From the NCBI GenBank assembly GCA_050183995.1, contig JBFXAT010000021.1, positions 26 to 64,025 on the forward strand: a stretch of 64,000 nucleotides of DNA, given 5' to 3'. Positions 9,960-19,018 of this stretch are shown here, in pieces; position 1 is the first letter of the stretch; every line of letters begins with the position of its first letter. The notes beneath the pieces were generated by a model. That model made no database searches, was not told where the DNA came from, and saw only the letters and a program-made list of their open reading frames with translations. A program made the position numbers and the translations under genes. This stretch comes from Vicinamibacterales bacterium. Its GTDB lineage: Bacteria; Acidobacteriota; Vicinamibacteria; Vicinamibacterales; CAVVIG01.

Positions 9960-12900
9960 TCAGACGTGAGGCAGCCCCTCCCCTTCGAGCAAGTGGTCGA
10001 GCCATAGGTTCGACAGCTTCTCCTGCACCGTGTTCTGCCGCAGCCGGGCGGCCAGGTTCGGGAAGTCGACGCGGTCCAACTCCTGATCCTGGTTGAAGCA
10101 CGAGAACACGAACGACTCGCGGCCCGTCACCGGATCCACGTGCCGCTGCAGGCACTGGGCGCACACTTCCTTCATCATGCACTGCATCGGCGAGTTGATG
10201 CTGCCGATGCCGATGTGAGAGGGCTTCAGCAGCGGTGCCAGCGCGCCGTGGCGAGCCGCGCGCACCGCCGCCATCATCCGGTCCGATCCGATCGCGATGA
10301 TCCGATCGACCGATTGGAGCGGCACGACCGGGGTGCCGAGCGTGCCCGCGGCGTACGCCAGCACCGCCTGGACGATGTTGCCGCGGAAATGCGCGTCCTG
10401 CGGACGCACGGGCTCGATCGGAGTGCCGGTGTCGGTGCTCCAGATCACCTGGTCGGTCGCCGTCTCGATCTCTTCCCGCTTGAAGAGGTCCTCGCCCTTT
10501 CGATAGCCGGCGAAGTAGACCACCCGGTTGCCGCGCTCACGCATCGCTTTCGCGATCGAGAACAGCACGGCGTTGCCCAGCCCGCCGCCGAGCAGCAACA
10601 CATCTTCGTTCTCGGGAATCTCCGTCGGCGTCCCGGTCGGTCCCATCACCACGACCGGCTCGCCGGGCCGCAGATAGGCGCACAGGCGGCTCGACGTGCC
10701 GAGCTCGAGCGCGATCAGCGACAGGAGACCCCGCTCCTTGTCGACCCACGCGCCGGTCAGCGCGATCCCCTCCATCAGCAGCGGCGTCGTCTGTCCGTCC
10801 TTCGTGACGCGCGGCGCACCCGACTCGAAGTTCTGCAGACGATAGAACTGGCCCGGATGGAAGTGCCGGGCCGCCGCCGGCGCCCGGACGATCACTTCGA
10901 CGATCGTCGGCGTCAGCCGCACGACCCGTTCGACGTGCGCGGTGAACTCCTCGTCGAGCCTGCCCACCAGCTGCCGCCACTGGCGGTCGCGCGCCGGCTG
11001 CTCCGCCGGATCGAGCACGGCGAGCTCCGCCGCGAACAGGGCGACCACCTCCGGGTAACCGGCCTTCGCCGACGCCATCGCCTTGACGACGTTGCCGGCG
11101 AAGCGTGGATGGTTGTCGCCGTAGTACGAGACGAACCGTCCGCCGGAGTCGTACGAGGTGAAGAAGCCGTCGGCGTGCGGCGTGAGCGTGAGCCGTCCGT
11201 CGGCCCCGCGTTCGGCCCGGTGCGGCTGGAAGAACTTCTTCTTGGCGTCGAGCGCGAACGTGCTGGGCGCTTCCTTCTCGTAGGTGACGTTCGGCGAGGT
11301 GCCGGCCGCGACGAGCACGGTCCTGGCGGGGAGCGTCACCGCTTCGGCCGCCGGCGACTGTTCTCGGGCGGCCCCTTCGCGGCGGAACACCATGGCCGTT
11401 ATCGCGCCGAACTCGTCCGGCACGGCTTCGACCGGATTCAGGTTCTCGGCGATAGCGATCCCCTCCTCGAGCGCCTTGACGACTTCTTCGTGATTCAGGC
11501 GGTATGCCGGTGAATCGATCAGCCGCTTCCGGTAGGCGAGGGTGACGCCACCCCACCTGCGCACCATCTCGATGAAGTTCGGCGCCTCGCCCGCCTGCGC
11601 GGCGCGAGCGCGCTCGGCCCGGACCTCGCGGCCGTGGGCGCAGAACTCGTCGAGGACCAACAGCTCCTCGGCGTCGTAGAGCGCGCGCACGGCGGCGGCG
11701 CCCATGCCCGCGACGAGCGTCTCGTACTGCAGGAGGACCTTCTCCACCTGCACCGGGTAATAGGCCATCAGCTCGGTTGCGGTATCGATGCCCGTCAGAC
11801 CGCCGCCAATCACGATCGCCGGCAGCCGCACCTGGAGGCTCGGCAGCGCCTCCCGCTTGAACGCTCCGGTCAGCTGCAGCGCCATGAGGAAGTCGCTCGC
11901 CTTGCGGATGCCGCGAATCAGGTTGTTCTTCAGGTCGATGATCGTCGGGCGCCCGGCGCCCGCGGCGATCGCGACGTGGTCGAACCCGTAGCCCCACGCA
12001 TCTTCGATCGGCATCGTGCCGCCGAATCTGATCCCGCCGTAGATCCGCAGGCCGCGGCGGCGGGCCAGCGTGAGGTGGATCAGCGTCAGGAAGTTCTTGT
12101 CCCAGCGCACGGTGATGCCGTATTCGGACACGCCGCCGAACCCTTCGAGCACCCGCTCGTCCAACGGACGGTAGATCTCGCTCCAGTTCCGAATCGGCGC
12201 GGGCGGCTCGGCGTCCGAACCCACGAGCGTCTCGGGGAGCGGCTCGATCTTCAGCGCGTCGACCCCGACGACGCCGAAGCCTTCGTTCACGAGGTAGTGC
12301 GCCAGCGTGTATCCGGCGGGCCCGAGGCCGACGACGAGCACGTTGCGGCCGTTGTACGGGAGGGCGTAAGGGCGCCGCACGTTCAAGGGGTTCCACCGGG
12401 TCAGCAGCCCGTAGATCTCGACGCCCCACGGCAGCGCGAGCACGTCGGTCAGCACACCGGTCTCGATGTGCGGGATGTCGACCGGACTCTGCTTCTGGTA
12501 GATGCAGCCCTTCATGCAGTCGTTGCAGATGCGGTGTCCGGTGCCGGGGCACATCGGGTTGTCGATCGCGACGAGCGCCAGCGCGCCGATCGCGTCACCC
12601 TGCTTCCGGACCATGTGCATCTCGGAGATCTTCTCGTCGAGGGGGCAGCCGTTCAGCTCGATGCCCAGCGCATTGACCGCGATCCGGCGCGTCAACGTGT
12701 CGGCCGCCGGGCCCTTGGCGGTCGTGTCGGGATACCCCTTGGAGCACGAGTCCTTGTCGCGCTCGTGGCATAGGACGCAGTAGTGCACCTCGCTGATCAC
12801 CTCACGCGGCGTCCAGCGCAGGTCGGTCAGCTTGAACCCGTCGCGGCGGCGCAGCAGCTCGTCGGGCCCGATCATCTGTTCGGGGAGGTTCGGCAGCGGC

Positions 12901-13565
12901 CGCTCGACCTCGACCAGGTGCCAGGGATCGAGCTGCTCGGGGAAGCGGAACAGCACCCATCCGGCGTACGCCGGGTCGTGGATGCGCGCCGCGCACCAGC
13001 GCTTGAGCGCGTCCATATCCGGCGCGAGGCCGTCCTTGTCGGTCTTCTCCCGATCGAGCAGCGCACAGCCGACGCGCGCGAGCGCCAGTTCGACGTCGGC
13101 GCTGCCGCCGTCTGGCGCCGAACCGAGCAGGCGCGCCACGACCGCATCGTCTTCGGGCTGCGGCGCGGGGTGGACGTCGCCCTTGAGCAGCGGGAGCGCG
13201 CGCTTGCGCACGAAGTCGATCTTGAATCGGAACAGATCGTCCTGGTCGCGCGTAGCCTGGCGAATCGCAGACGTCGCGGCGTCGACCTCGAACAGCCTGG
13301 TCACGAAACGGCTGACGTGGGGCGCCATGGCGACGAGGAGCGCCGACAGCGCCACCGGGCTGCGCGGAGCGTCGGGGGCGGTGCGGTAGGCGTCCCATTC
13401 GGTCCACAAGGCCGCGTCACCCGCGCGCACCTCCTCACAGAAACGTTCGTACAGCGAAGCCAGGCGCTCAGGCTCGTGGAGGTCGGCGAAGGTGAACCCA
13501 GGGATGCCGAGCGGCATCCGGGCCGAGGCAGTCTGCGTCGTGTGCGTCATGAGAGGTATCGCCAT
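9960..13565 (-). CDS. 1201-aa multidomain flavoprotein: unknown N-domain + FeS-like Cys segments + GltD-type NAD(P)H/FAD oxidoreductase + FNR/PyrK-like module
   Basis: 'CVLCHERDKDSC' and 'CPGTGHRICNDCMKGC'. Dinucleotide folds 'VLVVGLGPAGY' and 'AIVIGGGLTGID'. C-terminal 'PGQFYRL', 'VLLLGGGLGNAV' and a PyrK-like Cys cluster 'CMMKEVCAQC...C'. Confidence 0.8.
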   Translation of the reverse strand: MAIPLMTHTTQTASARMPLGIPGFTFADLHEPERLASLYERFCEEVRAGDAALWTEWDAYRTAPDAPRSPVALSALLVAMAPHVSRFVTRLFEVDAATSAIRQATRDQDDLFRFKIDFVRKRALPLLKGDVHPAPQPEDDAVVARLLGSAPDGGSADVELALARVGCALLDREKTDKDGLAPDMDALKRWCAARIHDPAYAGWVLFRFPEQLDPWHLVEVERPLPNLPEQMIGPDELLRRRDGFKLTDLRWTPREVISEVHYCVLCHERDKDSCSKGYPDTTAKGPAADTLTRRIAVNALGIELNGCPLDEKISEMHMVRKQGDAIGALALVAIDNPMCPGTGHRICNDCMKGCIYQKQSPVDIPHIETGVLTDVLALPWGVEIYGLLTRWNPLNVRRPYALPYNGRNVLVVGLGPAGYTLAHYLVNEGFGVVGVDALKIEPLPETLVGSDAEPPAPIRNWSEIYRPLDERVLEGFGGVSEYGITVRWDKNFLTLIHLTLARRRGLRIYGGIRFGGTMPIEDAWGYGFDHVAIAAGAGRPTIIDLKNNLIRGIRKASDFLMALQLTGAFKREALPSLQVRLPAIVIGGGLTGIDTATELMAYYPVQVEKVLLQYETLVAGMGAAAVRALYDAEELLVLDEFCAHGREVRAERARAAQAGEAPNFIEMVRRWGGVTLAYRKRLIDSPAYRLNHEEVVKALEEGIAIAENLNPVEAVPDEFGAITAMVFRREGAAREQSPAAEAVTLPARTVLVAAGTSPNVTYEKEAPSTFALDAKKKFFQPHRAERGADGRLTLTPHADGFFTSYDSGGRFVSYYGDNHPRFAGNVVKAMASAKAGYPEVVALFAAELAVLDPAEQPARDRQWRQLVGRLDEEFTAHVERVVRLTPTIVEVIVRAPAAARHFHPGQFYRLQNFESGAPRVTKDGQTTPLLMEGIALTGAWVDKERGLLSLIALELGTSSRLCAYLRPGEPVVVMGPTGTPTEIPENEDVLLLGGGLGNAVLFSIAKAMRERGNRVVYFAGYRKGEDLFKREEIETATDQVIWSTDTGTPIEPVRPQDAHFRGNIVQAVLAYAAGTLGTPVVPLQSVDRIIAIGSDRMMAAVRAARHGALAPLLKPSHIGIGSINSPMQCMMKEVCAQCLQRHVDPVTGRESFVFSCFNQDQELDRVDFPNLAARLRQNTVQEKLSNLWLDHLLEGEGLPHV

Positions 13566-13576
13566 AGAATATCTCC

Positions 13577-14437
13577 ATGCGTGTTTTTTCCCTCATCGCG
13601 CTCGCGATCGGGCTCACGCTGACACCTCACCTCCTGGCGCAGCCGAGTCGCCGGGCGGGTCAGACTCAGTCAGGTCAGGCCGCACCGGCTCGCCCGGGCG
13701 GCGGGGCACCGGCTCGGCCGAGCGGTGGATCGGCGCGTCAGGAAGCGGCGGTGCCGTTTCAGGTGGGAGAGACGCTCACCTTCGACGTCTCCTGGGCCGG
13801 GTATCTCGTCGCGGGGACGGCCACGTCTCGCGTGGTCGAGAAGCGCCCCTCATCCAGCTCGAACGCGTACTACATCGTCGCGGAGGGCCGGCCGCTGCCG
13901 CTCATCGCGCGTCTGTACGCGCTCTACTACAAGATGGACTCGCTGCTCGACAGCTACACCACGCTGTCACATCGGACGTCGCTCTACATCGAAGAAGGGA
14001 CGCGGAAGCGGACGTCGACGACCGTCTTCAACCGGTCCACGCGCCGGGCCCAGATAGAGGTCCGCGACACTGTGACGCACAAGGACGACTTCGCGGTGCC
14101 GCAGAACGTGCAGGATGGGCTCGCGACGCTGTACGCGCTGCGTGGACGTCAACTGCGCGCCGGAGAGCGCATCAGCATTCCCGTCGCGGACGATGGGTCG
14201 CTCTACACTGCGCACTTCGACGTGCAGCCGCCCGAAATGGTGTCGGTGCCTCTCGGGCGCGTGAACGCCTGGAACCTGCGCATCACCATCCTCGACGTCA
14301 ATCGTCAGCCGGTGGGCAGCAACATTGCCGCGTGGATCTCGACCGACGCGCGGCGCCTGCCGGTGAAGCTGCAGGCCGATCTCCCCGTGGGCAGCTTCGC
14401 GCTCGCCCTGCGCAGCGCGGCCCAGGCGGCCGACTGA
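13577..14437 (+). CDS. Secreted DUF3108-like protein
   Basis: Signal-like 'MRVFSLIALAIGLTLTPHLLAQ'. C-terminal 'AAWISTDARRLPVKLQADLPVGSF' resembles DUF3108 from memory. Confidence 0.65.
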   Translation: MRVFSLIALAIGLTLTPHLLAQPSRRAGQTQSGQAAPARPGGGAPARPSGGSARQEAAVPFQVGETLTFDVSWAGYLVAGTATSRVVEKRPSSSSNAYYIVAEGRPLPLIARLYALYYKMDSLLDSYTTLSHRTSLYIEEGTRKRTSTTVFNRSTRRAQIEVRDTVTHKDDFAVPQNVQDGLATLYALRGRQLRAGERISIPVADDGSLYTAHFDVQPPEMVSVPLGRVNAWNLRITILDVNRQPVGSNIAAWISTDARRLPVKLQADLPVGSFALALRSAAQAAD

Positions 14438-14457
14438 CGGGAAGCGGCGGACCCGAC

Positions 14458-14658
14458 GTGACGATTACGCTGAACGGCGAGCCCTTCGAGATCGCCGGCG
14501 CCCTCACCATCGCCGAGCTGCTCCGGCACCTGGAGATCGACGCCCGCCGCGTCGCCGTCGAACACAACACGGTCGTCCTGAAACGCGGGACCTTCGAGAC
14601 GACCAGCATCGCCGAGGGCGACGCAGTCGAGATCGTGAACTTCGTCGGCGGCGGCTGA
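14458..14658 (+). CDS. thiS: Sulfur-carrier protein ThiS
   Basis: 66 aa from in-frame GTG 14458, in the frame of listed ORF 13492..14658. Ends in 'FVGGG' (Gly-Gly C-terminus). Lies upstream of thiG. Confidence 0.85.
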   Translation: MTITLNGEPFEIAGALTIAELLRHLEIDARRVAVEHNTVVLKRGTFETTSIAEGDAVEIVNFVGGG

Positions 14659-14783
14659 CGTCGGGCGCGCCGGACTTCATCGGCGTCCCGGTGCGCGCGG
14701 CGGCGGCAGCGCTTCTCGGCCGCGGCAGCACCGCGGGGAGGGCGGCGGCGGGCCGGCGCGGAACGGTGCGATAGAATCGAGCC

Positions 14784-15557
14784 ATGGACAACCTCGTCAT
14801 CGCCGGCCGGACTTTCTCGTCGCGCCTGATCGTCGGCACGGGGAAGTACTCGTCGCACGCGGTGATGGCGCAAGCTCACGCCGCCTCCGGATCCGACATG
14901 GTGACGGTCGCGGTGAGGCGCGTGAACATCGCTGACCGCACCAAGGAATCGCTGCTCGACTACGTCGACCCGGCACGCTATTTCATTCTGCCGAACACCG
15001 CAGGCTGTTATACGGCGGACGAGGCCGTGCGCACGGCCCGCCTGGGGCGCGAAGCGGGTCTGTCGAACTGGGTGAAGCTCGAGGTCATCGGCGACGAGCG
15101 CACGCTCTATCCCGACAACGAAGCGCTCGTGGCCGCCACGCGCATCCTGGTGCGCGAAGGTTTCGTCGTCCTGCCCTACACGTCGGACGATCCGGTCGTG
15201 TGCCGCAAGCTCGAAGAGGCCGGGGCCGCCGCGGTGATGCCGCTCGGTGCGCCGATCGGGTCCGGGCTCGGCATCCAGAACCCGAACAACATCCGGATCA
15301 TCCGCGAGTTCTCGAAAGTGCCGGTCATCGTGGACGCCGGCGTCGGAACGGCGTCCGATGCGGCGCTGGCGATGGAGCTCGGCGCCGACGGCGTGCTGAT
15401 GAACACCGCGATCGCCGGAGCCGACGATCCGGTGTCCATGGCCGAAGCCATGAACCTCGCCGTGAAGGCGGGGCGGCTGGCGTATCTGGCGGGACGTATT
15501 CCGAGGAAGGCGTACGCGACGGCGAGCAGCCCCGTGGAAGGGCTCGTCGGACGCTGA
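14784..15557 (+). CDS. thiG: Thiazole synthase
   Basis: 'RLIVGTGKY', 'VKLEVIGD', '[11 protein letters not shown]', '[12 protein letters not shown]'. Confidence 0.95.
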   Translation: MDNLVIAGRTFSSRLIVGTGKYSSHAVMAQAHAASGSDMVTVAVRRVNIADRTKESLLDYVDPARYFILPNTAGCYTADEAVRTARLGREAGLSNWVKLEVIGDERTLYPDNEALVAATRILVREGFVVLPYTSDDPVVCRKLEEAGAAAVMPLGAPIGSGLGIQNPNNIRIIREFSKVPVIVDAGVGTASDAALAMELGADGVLMNTAIAGADDPVSMAEAMNLAVKAGRLAYLAGRIPRKAYATASSPVEGLVGR

Positions 15558-15588
15558 GATCGTCTGGATGTGAGATCGTCTGGCGGGG

Positions 15589-17373
15589 TTACGAGGCGAC
15601 CAGATTGTCGAGCGCCAGCTGCAGGCGCTCGAGCGCCACGCGGCGCTCCACACAGATTCGCCGGAGCTCGTCGAGCCGGTCGACGCTCACCGACTGCGTG
15701 ATGACCACCAGGTCGACGGAGCCGCTCCCGATCAGCCGCACGAGCACCTGATAGTTGCCCAGAACCCGGTAGCCCTGCATTTGCGCCTTCTGCATCGCGG
15801 GATCGTCCGCGATGAAGCCGATCATCCGATACCCCCCAGACCGCCGCGTCAGGATGTCCCGGACCGCGCTCGCGGCGACGTCGCCGGCGCCGTAGATCAG
15901 CACGCGCTGCCCGTGCTGGTTGCGGCGGTGCGCGAACTCGCTGATCAGCCGGAACGAGGCGCGTGATCCGGCGAGGAGGAGCAGCAGCAGCGCGGCGTAG
16001 ATGATGAACACGCCGCGCGAGTAGTTCTCGAAACGGTAGACGTACACCAGCACGCTGACGTTCAGCACCGTCCCGACCAGGACCCCCTTGGCGAGCGCGA
16101 CGCCGTCCATCATCCCGAAGTAGCGCCAGAAGCCGCGATAGACGCCGGCGAAGAACAGGCTGATCAGCTGCACGCCGAGCACGAGCGGCATCGACTGCAG
16201 GAGGAGCGGGAAGTAGCGCCGGAACTCGTCTCCGCCGAAGCGCAGTCGATAGGCGCTGTAGTACGCAATCGCCACGAGGCACAGATCCAGCAGCACCTCT
16301 GCCAGACGCCGCCGGTAGACGAAGTTCACGACGAAGGGGGTAATCCGGCCGCTTCGCTGCACGGCCCGGTCGTCTTCGTACACGCGCACGTGGGCCAGAT
16401 ACACGGTGAAGATGATGACGGCGATCACGAAGAGGGCCGCGGCCAGGCCCGGAAGATCGTCGCCGTAGGCGTCCAGCGACAAGGCGAGGAGGCCGCCGAG
16501 CGCGGCAAGCGACCAGAGCACGAGTACGGAGTACCGCTCGGACAACCCGATCGCCACGAGGCGATGCGACGAGTGATCGCGCCCGCCTTGCGCGGCGCTC
16601 CGTCCGGACAGGATGCGCGAGACGGTGACCAGCGTCGTGTCGAGGATGGGCACCAGCAGGATGAGCGCGGGACCGGCCATGATCGACATCAGGCTCGCCG
16701 ACGCGCGCGAGTAGCCGGGCGAGCTCAACGTCAGGACGGCCAGGTTGAGGCCGATGAACAGGCTTCCGCTGTCGCCCATGAAGATGGACGCCGGGTGGAA
16801 GTTGTAGACCAGGAAGCCGGCCGCGGCGCCCATCAGCAGCGCGAGGTGGCCGCTCTGCGGCCCGAGCATGCCTTCGGTCGCCAAGGTGCCCATGATGCCG
16901 CAGCCGGCAATCAGCGCGAGCCCGGCGCACAGCCCGTCCATGTTGTCGAGCAGGTTGAATGCGTTGGTCAGCCCGACGATCCACAGAACGGTCAGCAGCG
17001 TGTCGAGGGTCAGCGACGAGGTCCACGACAGGCGATAGCCGAAGAACACGAAGAACGACGCCACCGCGATCACGAACACGAGCTTGGTCGTCGGCTTCAG
17101 CGACCGGATGTCGTCCACCAGCCCGAGCAGGAAGATCGCGGCGGCACCCAAGAGAAGAACGGGAAGCGCGGTCGAACCGAGGAAGACGACGTGGAGCGTC
17201 AGCACCGTCAGCGCGATCGCGGCGCCGCCGAGCAGCGCGGTCGGCTTGCCGTGCCATCTGTCGGCGCGCGGCTTGGCGACGATGCCGAATCGAACGGCAA
17301 CCCGGCGGCACAGAGGCACCAGGGCCAGCGACACGACGAACGCCGCTAGCGCGAGCGGGAGCATCTCACGCAT
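15589..17373 (-). CDS. WecA/MraY-family polyprenyl-phosphate HexNAc-1-P transferase fused to a WbaP/CapD-N-terminal-like 4-TM + Rossmann module
   Basis: N-terminal half has 'DDIRSLKPTTKL', 'NAFNLLDNMDGL', 'IFMGDSGSLFIG' (GT4 MraY-like). C-terminal half has TM segments with 'VYRGFWRYFGMMD', then 'RVLIYGAGDVAASAVRDIL...GFIADDP'. Confidence 0.85.
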   Translation of the reverse strand: MREMLPLALAAFVVSLALVPLCRRVAVRFGIVAKPRADRWHGKPTALLGGAAIALTVLTLHVVFLGSTALPVLLLGAAAIFLLGLVDDIRSLKPTTKLVFVIAVASFFVFFGYRLSWTSSLTLDTLLTVLWIVGLTNAFNLLDNMDGLCAGLALIAGCGIMGTLATEGMLGPQSGHLALLMGAAAGFLVYNFHPASIFMGDSGSLFIGLNLAVLTLSSPGYSRASASLMSIMAGPALILLVPILDTTLVTVSRILSGRSAAQGGRDHSSHRLVAIGLSERYSVLVLWSLAALGGLLALSLDAYGDDLPGLAAALFVIAVIIFTVYLAHVRVYEDDRAVQRSGRITPFVVNFVYRRRLAEVLLDLCLVAIAYYSAYRLRFGGDEFRRYFPLLLQSMPLVLGVQLISLFFAGVYRGFWRYFGMMDGVALAKGVLVGTVLNVSVLVYVYRFENYSRGVFIIYAALLLLLLAGSRASFRLISEFAHRRNQHGQRVLIYGAGDVAASAVRDILTRRSGGYRMIGFIADDPAMQKAQMQGYRVLGNYQVLVRLIGSGSVDLVVITQSVSVDRLDELRRICVERRVALERLQLALDNLVAS

Positions 17374-17385
17374 GCCTAGGTCTTT

Positions 17386-18825
17386 TCAGACTGGTCGAGA
17401 AGGCCCAAGTGTAGCTGCCTCGGGAGCGTTCGGCCGAAGGGCGATGGACGCGGGCGCCAGGATCGCGCCGATACAGGCCCCGGCCATCGTCGCGAACGCA
17501 AACGCGCGCATTCGGTACAACGCGCCCAGATTGGGCACACCATACACGTAGATCGCGCCGTACACGACACAGAAGACGATGACGGCCCAGGTTTCTCGCC
17601 GGACCCGGCCGCGCGCGGCTCGGAACGCGAGCAGGCAGAGGCCGGCGTAGACCGTCAACATCTCGAAGGGCACGAGATAGACCCCGATCCTGCCGATAGG
17701 CGACGCGGAACGGCCCCATCGCGCAGGCCCGGGTTCGAACACAGCCACCTCGACGGCGCGCGGCACATACAGGGCGAACTCGATCGGTGAACGGAGCGAC
17801 ACGTCGAGGTCGATCGCGCTGCCGGCAGCTTGGTAGCTTTCCTTGAAACGCTCCCTTTCCTCGCACAACGCAAACAGACCCAGGTCGACCCTTGCTCCGG
17901 TCGGGAGTGGCCGGCACTCCTCGTGTCTGAGCTGGGCCTTGTCTCTGATCATCTCGGGAGTGGCCGATCGTCCGAGGCGCAGGCCCGAGGTCCTCGACAC
18001 GCGCGCGGTGAAGCTGACGGCCGCCAGCAGCACTCCAACCGCGATCAGGGCGACGATGCGCCGGCCGTACGTGCGGTCGGTAACGGCCATGACTGCCACG
18101 AACGCCATCGCCGAAACGACCACGAGCGCCTGCGCATAGGGGCGACCGAGCCAGACCAGGCCCATACCGCATCCGAACAGAAGCGCGAGCAGCCACGATG
18201 GATATCGCCGGCCATCCGCCGGGCGCGACAGCGCGAGCGCACACAGCGTCAGCGAGAAGCCCGCACCCGTCGTCACGTCTCTGTGAATCTGCCCCCAGAT
18301 GGGCACGAACGAGGGAAACAGGAAGAAGGGCGCGAGACCCAGGAGCGCCGCGCCGCGCGATCCGACCATTGCCGCGATCGTGCGCCGCGTCGCGACGACG
18401 GCGACGGCGAACAGCGCCCCGTTGAGAGGGAGCACCGCCCACGGAGATGGCTTCAACAGCACGTACATGACGCTGGCCATTCCCGCGGGATACAGACCGG
18501 CCGGTCGAAGCTCCCAGCGGCCCCACCCGTACTCGGCGATCAACGCCGCCTGCTTCACCGCGAAGCGATGGAATCTGACCCAATCGCCCCGCTTCAGCAG
18601 TCCGTGTCCGGCGTGCAGCGACGGCGCCAGGTACGGCAGCACGACGAGCTGCAGCAGCAGACCGCCGCAGATCACCCATAGCAGCGCAAAGCCGAACAGC
18701 TGCCAGTCACAGACGAGTGCGGCCCTTGCAATCAGCCGTTCGCGGAGCACGAGCAGGCGTCCGAGCGCCGAGAATCCTGGAGCATGCGTGTCAGCTGCCA
18801 TTGAACGCTCCCGCTGTCGCGTCAC
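17386..18825 (-). CDS. Polytopic membrane protein of unknown function (possible polymerase or GT-C-like)
   Basis: 479 aa with many hydrophobic segments. 12 nt upstream of the initiator transferase gene. GTG start (alternative Met 9 codons in). No family motif recognised. Confidence 0.6.
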   Translation of the reverse strand: MTRQRERSMAADTHAPGFSALGRLLVLRERLIARAALVCDWQLFGFALLWVICGGLLLQLVVLPYLAPSLHAGHGLLKRGDWVRFHRFAVKQAALIAEYGWGRWELRPAGLYPAGMASVMYVLLKPSPWAVLPLNGALFAVAVVATRRTIAAMVGSRGAALLGLAPFFLFPSFVPIWGQIHRDVTTGAGFSLTLCALALSRPADGRRYPSWLLALLFGCGMGLVWLGRPYAQALVVVSAMAFVAVMAVTDRTYGRRIVALIAVGVLLAAVSFTARVSRTSGLRLGRSATPEMIRDKAQLRHEECRPLPTGARVDLGLFALCEERERFKESYQAAGSAIDLDVSLRSPIEFALYVPRAVEVAVFEPGPARWGRSASPIGRIGVYLVPFEMLTVYAGLCLLAFRAARGRVRRETWAVIVFCVVYGAIYVYGVPNLGALYRMRAFAFATMAGACIGAILAPASIALRPNAPEAATLGPSRPV

Positions 18826-19018
18826 CGCGCGCGACGTGCGCGACGTGCGCGTGTCCAGTCGGATTCAGGCCGGCCGTCACCACAGCGTCTTGCGCGCGCC
18901 GCGTGGGGGGAATATCCACGATCACCCACGCCGGTAGCATAGCGCTCGGCTCGCTCGCCTCATGGCTGCAACGGCTCGCAACGGATCCTGCGCGGCCGTC
19001 GCGGCCCGGGAAAGCTCA

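Noticed and set aside
14659-14783. Possible TPP riboswitch or attenuator in the 125-nt thiS-thiG spacer
   Set aside because: The spacer is GC-rich with short hairpins, but I could not find the conserved THI-box sequence. Needs cmsearch to be sure.
18831-18848. 9-nt tandem GCGACGTGC x2 just upstream of the membrane-protein start, and the 9-mer GCGATTCGA repeated at about 20930 and 20985 upstream of the asnB-like gene
   Set aside because: These are very short, GC-rich and easily arise by chance or slippage. They have no symmetry or spacing suggestive of a binding site.
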